Assembly (NCBI RefSeq): GCF_000981785.2
Contig: NZ_CP011304.1
Location: 2,250,001-2,282,000 of the forward strand
Length of the DNA: 32,000 nucleotides
Origin: Microcystis aeruginosa NIES-2549
Lineage (GTDB): Bacteria > Cyanobacteriota > Cyanobacteriia > Cyanobacteriales > Microcystaceae
Direction of reading: 5' to 3'
Part shown: positions 25,438 to 32,000 of the stretch, in pieces
Layout: each line of letters begins with the position of its first letter
How positions within the stretch are numbered: position 1 is the first letter of the stretch
Notes under the pieces: model-generated
Databases searched by the model: none
What the model was told of the DNA's origin: nothing
Seen by the model: the letters and a program-made list of their open reading frames with translations, nothing else
Position numbers and translations under genes: made by a program

Positions 25438-26214
25438 TTAAACTCCATCGACTTTACCCGTCAGACGCTCATCAAACTTCTGCTCATAATCGGGGTCTTG
25501 AGTTCCGAGGAGTTTGTCCCAGAACGTGAAATATAGACCGTAATGTACGGTGTACTTGCGATGATGAATGGAATGATGGGCAGGACCAATAAACCACCGA
25601 CCCAACCAATGATGGGGAAATGAGGAAGGCAAGCGATCGATCCCAAGATGATTTAACACTGCCCAGATCGTCATCGTGGTGAGTGCCGCAATTAACGTGA
25701 TGAAATGCAGGGGAAGGACAAAGACAATGCCGACCAGGAAGAGAGACTGAACGATCGCCTCTAGTGGGTCAAAGGCAAACGAAGTCCACGGGGTAGGATA
25801 GCGCGAGCGATGATGCCCCTGGTGTAACCACCGAAAGAGTGACGGGTGGTGAAACAAGCGATGGGTGAAATAGAAATAGGCATCCTGGAGAACCAACACA
25901 GCGCCATAACTAACCCCTAAATAACACAGCCCATACTGTTGAGGGTGGCTGTATAAGCGGGTAATGCCCCAACTGTATCCTGTTATGATGAAAGCCGCCG
26001 CCAGCGCAAACACCCCCGCCGAAAGAACCGAGAGCGTGATATCTTGTTGAATCGATCGCCAAGAGGGAGACCAATGCCGCAGGTTGTGATTGACAAAGGA
26101 CTGACTCAAGGGCGAATAGAAGAACAAATAGGTTCCCCCAGCCACGAGAAAGTATCGCGCCAGGATGATCCCAAAGAAAGCGAACCCGTAAAATCCAAAT
26201 GAGTGGTCTATCAA
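25438..26214 (-). CDS. Membrane di-iron oxygenase of the fatty-acid hydroxylase / sterol desaturase superfamily.
   Basis: Three His boxes are present (HRLFHH, HQGHHRS, HHSIHH) in a polytopic membrane protein. The track ORF reaches TTG at 26277 and has no ATG. I prefer the TTG at 26212-26214, which is preceded by AAGGAG at 6-nt spacing and lies 1 nt after the NACHT stop codon. Confidence 0.8.
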   Translation of the reverse strand: MIDHSFGFYGFAFFGIILARYFLVAGGTYLFFYSPLSQSFVNHNLRHWSPSWRSIQQDITLSVLSAGVFALAAAFIITGYSWGITRLYSHPQQYGLCYLGVSYGAVLVLQDAYFYFTHRLFHHPSLFRWLHQGHHRSRYPTPWTSFAFDPLEAIVQSLFLVGIVFVLPLHFITLIAALTTMTIWAVLNHLGIDRLPSSFPHHWLGRWFIGPAHHSIHHRKYTVHYGLYFTFWDKLLGTQDPDYEQKFDERLTGKVDGV

Positions 26215-26215
26215 T

Positions 26216-28525
26216 TTAATCTCCTTGCCATTCCCGATCTTCCAAGTCCTTTTGAGGTAACAGCAACGTGGCTTCAATTTCTTGCCGGATTGCGGCTGTT
26301 ATTTCGCAGTTACTATTCAAACAATCGATCAGGAGTTGATTGGCCTCATAGTAGCGTTGGAGCAGCTGCTGTTGCTCAGTCGTAAACTGCCAGGGGTGAT
26401 GAATATTGCGATAATTGGCGATCGCACCCCGCAACTGTTCCACCCAGGCAGAATAGTTTTTCTGCCACCAGTGCTGAAGCCGTTCCAGGTTTTGACTCGG
26501 AGGTGGCAGTTGGTCTCTCAATTGTTGCAAAGACTTATAAAATCCAGCATCCAGAACCATCACCAGAATGTTGTTGAGTGCCTCGCTACAAGCATTGACG
26601 TATGCAAAATCCTGACTGTGGTCGATGGCAAACTCTACCAGCAAGTTCTCCAACGCCGCATCTAAAAACATCCCCTGATCGAGCGTGCTGGCTAAGGCAA
26701 AGCGATCTGCCGTATGCGGGCTTTGGGCAAGGGCAAGGTAAAATGCGCGTGCGGTCGCCACTTTGGTTTCGTCTGGGAGCTGCTGGGATTTTTGGCTGGC
26801 CCAACTCAAAAACTCTTGCAGATAGGAGTCTTGCGCGACTAAGGCATCAATTTGTTGCTTCATCAACTGCACCAGCGCATCTGCACTTCGCAACATGGCA
26901 GCCGTTAACAAGAAGACTTCGCGCCAGTGGGAATCGGTGATGTGACTCACCAACCCTCCCAGTGCTTGTTCTAATGCCTGCAAATTATGGCTGGCAACTA
27001 TTTTTCGAGCCGTGAAGTATTCTTGAAATGCCAGATAAGAAAATGAAAAAATGCCTCGCGCCCTTTCTGTGAGGATTCCATGCTGTGCCTCGATCGCTTT
27101 CAGCATGGCTTCGCTTTCGAGTTGGAGTTCCTCTGCTTCCAGGGTTGCACCTGGCAAATTCCGCAAATAGTCGCCAATGTATTGCTCAATCGTGCGTTGC
27201 TCAAAAAAATACTGCCCCTGTTCAAAAGTCACTGCTGCAAGCTGGCTCAACAGCTTCAATTTTTGGGGCAATAAAAACCCCCGGTAAACCTGATCGCGTT
27301 CGACTCCTCGAGCTTCATCCCATTTACCCAGCAGCAAATCCAGCCCTTGTTTATAAAACTCAGCCCGCTTGCTCGGAAATTTCCCTTGACCCTGAAACAC
27401 CCAGCAGGCGAGATGCAGAAACAGAGGTGTCACCACCAGTTGCCGAAATTGCCAGTTTTCCGGCAAGTCCAACTTCTCCATAAACTGAGCCGACTGCTCC
27501 TGCCCCGCTTGAGCAGTCGTTTTGCTCAGTGCCACAAACCACTTTTGCGCGAAGGTGCTGATTTGTGCCTGGGTAAAGGGGGCAATTTCTACATCAGTGA
27601 AACCTCGAATCTGGAGTTTTTGGGCAGCGGTGCGACAGGTTACTACAAATCGATTGCGATGATACTTTTCTGAGAATTGGCGAATTTCTCTCAGAACTGC
27701 TGTAATGTCCTGGTTGAGAACTTCATCCATGCCATCGAGCAACAGCAGGACTCTGCCCGCTTGCAGTAAGGTTTCCAGCACAGACGGGTTGGAAATTCCC
27801 GAGGTGAGCAATGCCTGACGGATGTAGTTGAACAGGCTAAATTCACCCCTGGGACTGGACTCCTCGGCAAATTCTCTCAATAAGATAAAAATCGGCACTT
27901 GATTCGCCGCAAACTCGCCTTGGTTGCACTGAATCGCCAGATGTTGCAAAAAGGTCGTTTTGCCAACCCCCGGCCTGCCCAAAACTCTAAGCTTTGAGTA
28001 AGTTTCAACAGCCTGCATTCCGGGTATTTGCTTCTGCTCAACCTCTCCCAAGCCGACGCGATCGAATTCAGCGGGACCCAAGTTTTGCCAATCGGCAATC
28101 TCCACCCACTGTTGACTGGCAATTTCCGCCAAAATATTGACATCCACATAGATGTCATCAATGCTGACTGGATGGCTGATGTCTAGTAACTGCAAGATGC
28201 CGCACTGGTTTTGGATGGTGTCCAGGCGTTGCGCTCGCACCTCTTGCACCAGAGCATCAATATTAGTTTTCGCCAGTTCTCCGGGTTCAGGAAATTCTGC
28301 GGGCGGAGCGAGGGCAATCTCCCGCCAATCCAAATCCAGAATCGAACAAATTTCCAGGAAAACCTGGCGATCAACGGGTTTTCCTGTGAAAAACCGCCAA
28401 ATCGGCTGGCGGGTCTTTAAGTTCACTTCCCCTGCTAGATTTTCCTGAGTCCACCCCTTGAGCGCAAAGGCTCGTTTAGCCTGTTTAATTCCCGAAGGGG
28501 AAGCCTGGAGCGATCTCTTGACCAT
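26216..28525 (-). CDS. STAND NTPase: N-terminal XRE-like HTH, NACHT P-loop domain and a C-terminal helical domain of about 400 aa, with no WD40/TPR repeats.
   Basis: The ATG at 28525 (MVKRSLQASP...) is preceded by GGGAGG; the track start at 28534 is TTG. The HTH-like N-terminus is GIKQAKRAFALKGWTQENLAGEVNLKTRQPIWRFFTGKPV. Walker A is GRPGVGKTTF (about 27950-27980) and Walker B is LLLLDGMDEV (about 27720-27750). TCR and the downstream NACHT helical motifs are present. Confidence 0.85.
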   Translation of the reverse strand: MVKRSLQASPSGIKQAKRAFALKGWTQENLAGEVNLKTRQPIWRFFTGKPVDRQVFLEICSILDLDWREIALAPPAEFPEPGELAKTNIDALVQEVRAQRLDTIQNQCGILQLLDISHPVSIDDIYVDVNILAEIASQQWVEIADWQNLGPAEFDRVGLGEVEQKQIPGMQAVETYSKLRVLGRPGVGKTTFLQHLAIQCNQGEFAANQVPIFILLREFAEESSPRGEFSLFNYIRQALLTSGISNPSVLETLLQAGRVLLLLDGMDEVLNQDITAVLREIRQFSEKYHRNRFVVTCRTAAQKLQIRGFTDVEIAPFTQAQISTFAQKWFVALSKTTAQAGQEQSAQFMEKLDLPENWQFRQLVVTPLFLHLACWVFQGQGKFPSKRAEFYKQGLDLLLGKWDEARGVERDQVYRGFLLPQKLKLLSQLAAVTFEQGQYFFEQRTIEQYIGDYLRNLPGATLEAEELQLESEAMLKAIEAQHGILTERARGIFSFSYLAFQEYFTARKIVASHNLQALEQALGGLVSHITDSHWREVFLLTAAMLRSADALVQLMKQQIDALVAQDSYLQEFLSWASQKSQQLPDETKVATARAFYLALAQSPHTADRFALASTLDQGMFLDAALENLLVEFAIDHSQDFAYVNACSEALNNILVMVLDAGFYKSLQQLRDQLPPPSQNLERLQHWWQKNYSAWVEQLRGAIANYRNIHHPWQFTTEQQQLLQRYYEANQLLIDCLNSNCEITAAIRQEIEATLLLPQKDLEDREWQGD

Positions 28526-28554
28526 ACAATCCAATCCTCCCTATCGAGTCAGAA

Positions 28555-30123
28555 TCAGTTCTGGTTGGGACGACCAGAAACTTCTAAGGGATCGTAGCCT
28601 AGTTGTTGAGTAATCCGTTCTCTGGCTAAGGCCCGGTACTCCCAAAAATGTTCTCCCGCCGCGCACAGACCTAAATAGAGATTGAGAACTTGGGGCTTTT
28701 TTTGCCAAATCGTCCATAATTGCCGCCAAAACTGTCCCCGAATGTTCCCTCGGCGGATACCCTGATGCCAGATTAACTGGGTAATTAGCCGTAACCCCTT
28801 ACCCACGGGAAATTGCATGGTTTGCTTGTGTTTTGACTGCAAACCCAGACCGAGACATTGTTGGAAACAGCGTCGGAGATAGTGGCTGGGTTCGTACAGC
28901 GTCCAGAAGCCTTCGACATACTCTCTGGCAATTTCGGCAATCGGGCGGGTGGGGATAAAATTCATCAAGCTATTCTGATCTCCCGTCGGATGGATGCTGT
29001 CACCCTCAACTAAACGCTGTTCTTGCTGGAGACGATGCCAAAGAGCCGTATTCGGCAAAGATTGGAGAATTCCTAACATGGGCTGAGGAATACTGGTTTC
29101 TTCCACAAAGGCTTGAATCCTTTCCCCCGCACCAGAGCGCTCTCCATCAAACCCCAAGATAAATCCAGCATAGATTAGCAAACCGGCTGCATTAATCTTA
29201 CGACAGGCTTCCACCAGTGGATTGCGAGTATTTTGCAGTTTGCGCGTCACTTGCAGACTATCTTGGTCAGGAGTTTCAATCCCCAGAAAGACAGAATAAA
29301 ACCCCGCCTCAGCCATCAGGCTTAACAATTCATCATCCTCTGCCAAATTGACCGAGGCTTCAGTAATAAAGGTGAAGGGATAGTCGTGCTGCTTCATCCA
29401 GGGAATCAAGTCTCTGAGAAAGCGTTTGACGTTGCGCTGATTGCCAATAAAGTTGTCATCGACGATGAACAACGAACCGCGCCAGCCTAGGTCGTAGAGA
29501 GTCTGCAATTCTGCTAAAGTCTGACTCGGCTCTTTAGTACGAGGTTTGCGCCCGTAGAGGGAAATAATGTCGCAAAATTCGCAGTTAAAAGGACAGCCGC
29601 GAGAGAACTGCACTGCCATCATTAAGTAATCGTCTCGCTGAAGTAGGTCAAAGCGGGGGATGGGGCTGAGGGTCACGTCTGGCTTGTCCCCAGAGCGGAA
29701 AATTCCCTGGCTTTGACCTTGAGCGATCGCCTCCAAAAACAGGGGAACGGTTAACTCTCCCTCATCCAAAATGAGATAGTTCGCTCCAGAATCCAGGGCA
29801 TCCTGGGGGACAGAGGTGGGGTAGGGACCGCCAACGGCGACTTTTTTGCCTAACTGCACGGCTTTTTGAATCAGAGCTTGAAAATCTGGCTTCTGGACTA
29901 ACATGGCAGAGAGGATAACCAACTCACACCACTCCCAATCGGCTTCTGTTTCAGGATTGACGTTGCGATCATAAAATCGAATCTCCCAGTTTTGGGGGAG
30001 GAGGGCGGCGACAGTAATGATGCCGAGGGGTGGAATGGTGGCTTTCAGTCCCGCGATTTCCATAAAGCGATCGTAAGACCAGAAAGACTGGGGAAACTCA
30101 GGGTAGAGTAACAGGGCTTTCAT
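28555..30123 (-). CDS. Cobalamin-binding (class B) radical SAM enzyme with a DUF4070-like C-terminal domain.
   Basis: 522-aa ATG ORF. It has an N-terminal B12-binding-type Rossmann region (PPLGIITVAALLP...VILSAM...VAVGGPYPT) and the radical SAM cluster motif SRGCPFNCEFCD (about 29569-29605). The C-terminal W/F-rich helical region (FWRQLW...HFWEY) is typical of DUF4070 as I recall it. Confidence 0.88.
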   Translation of the reverse strand: MKALLLYPEFPQSFWSYDRFMEIAGLKATIPPLGIITVAALLPQNWEIRFYDRNVNPETEADWEWCELVILSAMLVQKPDFQALIQKAVQLGKKVAVGGPYPTSVPQDALDSGANYLILDEGELTVPLFLEAIAQGQSQGIFRSGDKPDVTLSPIPRFDLLQRDDYLMMAVQFSRGCPFNCEFCDIISLYGRKPRTKEPSQTLAELQTLYDLGWRGSLFIVDDNFIGNQRNVKRFLRDLIPWMKQHDYPFTFITEASVNLAEDDELLSLMAEAGFYSVFLGIETPDQDSLQVTRKLQNTRNPLVEACRKINAAGLLIYAGFILGFDGERSGAGERIQAFVEETSIPQPMLGILQSLPNTALWHRLQQEQRLVEGDSIHPTGDQNSLMNFIPTRPIAEIAREYVEGFWTLYEPSHYLRRCFQQCLGLGLQSKHKQTMQFPVGKGLRLITQLIWHQGIRRGNIRGQFWRQLWTIWQKKPQVLNLYLGLCAAGEHFWEYRALARERITQQLGYDPLEVSGRPNQN

Positions 30124-30182
30124 CGAAAAACTGGGTCTGAAACCCCGCCCTTTAGCGATAGCGGAGGGCGGCTTTATATAAG

Positions 30183-31615
30183 TTAGCGAGAAACAATTAA
30201 ACCGTTAGAACGACGAATTAACTGAATCTTACTAACAGTTATCTGTCCCAATCGTTGACCATTGGCATCGCTTACAGATAGCTGTTTTTCGGTATCTCCA
30301 CTCACATAACCAATTCCTTTGGGAGAAGAAATTAAATCTCCTTTACGGAACCCATGTCTTGTGGTAGAGCCACATTTACGTCGTTTACCACCTTACAACT
30401 ATGTCTGCTTCTTTATTGGAGGGGAATATACCGATGATCGAGTGAATATTTGTCATGAATTTCCTGTTTTTAGTACATAATTAGATTATATCTAACATTC
30501 CGCAGATCAGATTCCACTTCATAAATATCCCTCTTTGGGAGTATCTCATTTATGCAAGTGAGTAATTATATTTATCCATAAAACTGGTTTCTAGCAAGGC
30601 TTTCAAAATAGCTTGACATAAAAACCTGATTTAGGGGTTACAAAGGTGAGATGCTCCCTCCCTCTTAGCAATGCCATCGTTAGCATGACTTTCTGGTGAT
30701 TGTTCTGCTTTATTTTTGGACTTTTCTAGTCGCAAATATTTTCTGAGATTAGAGGTTTGCCAACCAAAGCGAGTATGGACTGTTGCCAATTGAGATAGTT
30801 GCTCAATCGCCCATTTCTCTCCGACCATAACTGGCGAGAAACCTTTTCCAGACTTAGCTCCTTTTCTACTGGAAGTTAGATCAATATCGGTTTTGACATA
30901 CTCAAAGTAAATGTCAGTAATTGGATAGATTTTGGTTAGTTCAGAAACGTCTCGACTTCGCTCGACGTTGACGATTAGCTCTGATTGAGGGAGCTAATTT
31001 TCCTTGTCTTCTATTTGAAAATCGTTTTTGTCGATGCGCTCTTAGATTAAGGGGAAGTTGGCGGTTAATCCGTCTTTTTCTACGTCCTCTTCGCATTAAG
31101 CAGCGATTGTCTACGCGCTCTCTTACTCGCTTAAAAGGAAGTTCTAAGTGAGCCTTCCAAAGAGTAAAAAGGGAGGATTGAACGCCAATTCCAGAGAATA
31201 ATTTACCCCGGTCAATACCAATAGCAATCGGTTGGGTTTTGCTATCGGAAGGTTCAGTGGTTAGCTGGACATAGAAAATATCTAGGGTCTGCTGAAAAAG
31301 TTTTTCGTGGGGGCAGGGTGTGGGGTGTGGGGTGTGGGGTGTAGGGTTTTACCGATTTTGAGGTAGTCAGTTACCTAATTTTCAGGAAAAAAGTCCAGGA
31401 ATTTTACCCCCGATCACTCCAATGGTAGGCACTTTTTGAGGGGAAAAAAGTCTAAAAGCCTTATCCAACAAGGTTTTTAGATTTATTCAGCCAGCCCTAT
31501 CTAAGTCGTTGAATTTACCGATAGCTTTTCCTTCCTTAATCCACCGTCTGGCCCGACTGGGTTTGGTGGGCATCAACGGTTTTCCGTCTTTTGAGATAAC
31601 AGGAACTCTTGCCAT
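30183..31615 (-). pseudogene. Decayed IsrB-like (HNH-less IscB; OMEGA / IS200-IS605-associated) RNA-guided nuclease gene. It is interrupted by MITE E, one frameshift and a non-coding replacement of about 225 bp.
   Basis: The N-terminus from ATG 31615 is MARVPVISKDGKPLMPTKPSRARRWIKEGKAIGKFNDLD (PLMP domain). Beyond the MITE it continues IFYVQLTTEPSDSKTQPIAIGIDRG (RuvC-I), followed by an Arg-rich bridge (RRGRRRKRRINR...RFSNRR..LAPSIRA). After a frameshift near 30950-30985 it reads ELTKIYPITDIYFEYVK (RuvC-II), with no Cys/His HNH block, then SHANDGIA (RuvC-III). The segment 30411-30650 is non-coding. The C-terminal TID-like end is HGFRKGDLISSPKGIGYVSG...LIRRSNGLIVSR, with the stop at 30183-30185. 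Confidence 0.7.
31279..31503 (+). mobile_element. MITE copy E. Core is 31285-31497, flanked by the direct repeat TATCTA (31279-31284 and 31498-31503). It is inserted in the IsrB-like gene.
   Basis: Same family as copies B and C, with about 4.5 GGGGTGT heptamers (31313-31345). Removing the core plus one TATCTA restores the IsrB reading frame exactly (…GKFNDLDIFYVQL…). Confidence 0.9.
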
Positions 31616-32000
31616 GGAGATAATCCTTAAGAGTGAAGTTAAAGTCCCTTACCGCAACACAATCAAGATGTCTTGTCTAACAACGCTTTACCAATAAAGC
31701 TGAGAGGTAATCCGAACTAGGGAAGTATTCGGAAGTCTGTGCCAGATTGTGTCTCGATGCGGTAGTCTCTACTTGCGTCGCCTAAATTGGTCTAGGCAAG
31801 CCCCGTCCCTTTTAGGGCGGGGTTAGTGACGAATCAAATTATCTCAAACCCAGTCAACGCTTCGACATTTTGTCGGAAAGCGATTAAGGCATGATTAGCT
31901 TGATAGTTACTAATTCTGTACGCAAATATTGCATCTAGAATTAGCTTTGTACGCTTTGACCCGTACTGGGTTAACTACGAACCTCTCTATCGGATTCCCG

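Noticed and set aside
26203-28729. About a dozen 60-130-aa ORFs on both strands within the NACHT gene and the radical SAM 3' end (for example 26282-26665, 27085-27483, 27877-28161, 28541-28729).
   Set aside because: They are overlapping shadows of two long ORFs with clear Walker and CxxxCxxC motifs. Their products are Arg/Pro/Ser-rich. None has a convincing ribosome-binding site.
31509-31697. 62-aa plus-strand ORF.
   Set aside because: It is antisense to the PLMP-domain N-terminus of the IsrB-like gene and to its upstream region. It has no motif.

Overview
The window looks like a cyanobacterial chromosome segment, probably Microcystis-like. This is an inference from 14 exact HIP1 octamers (GCGATCGC, my visual count), heptamer tandem repeats, many MITEs and close resemblance of several proteins to Synechocystis proteins. 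Most genes are on the minus strand.

Housekeeping genes:
- S9 peptidase
- tRNA-Pro(UGG)
- UbiH-family flavin monooxygenase
- gamma-tocopherol methyltransferase-like enzyme
- tRNA(CAU)
- LysM/M23 peptidase
- ferredoxin-dependent glutamate synthase
- a SucD-like protein

Three kinds of accessory DNA interrupt these genes:
1. Five copies of one MITE family. Each core is flanked by a 6-bp TA-NN-TA direct repeat, and most copies carry a GGGGTGT heptamer array.
2. A two-gene restriction-modification islet at 10.0-15.9 kb. One gene is a type IIG / ISP-like N6-adenine methyltransferase-nuclease. The other is a very AT-rich cytosine-5 methyltransferase fused to a C-terminal domain with a PD-(D/E)XK-like motif.
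3. A more GC-rich segment at about 22.2-32 kb, bounded by an IS630 transposase remnant and a decayed IsrB-like (OMEGA, IS200/IS605-type) gene that itself contains a MITE. This segment carries a YggT-like gene, an orphan cyanophycinase and small stress proteins (CsbD x2, lmo0937-like).

The best candidate for an undescribed system lies in that third segment. It is a tightly coupled operon of a B12-binding radical SAM enzyme, an HTH-NACHT STAND NTPase and a membrane di-iron hydroxylase.

I saw no rRNA gene, CRISPR array or intact transposase. All functional calls rest on motifs read by eye and remembered family signatures; no database search was possible.
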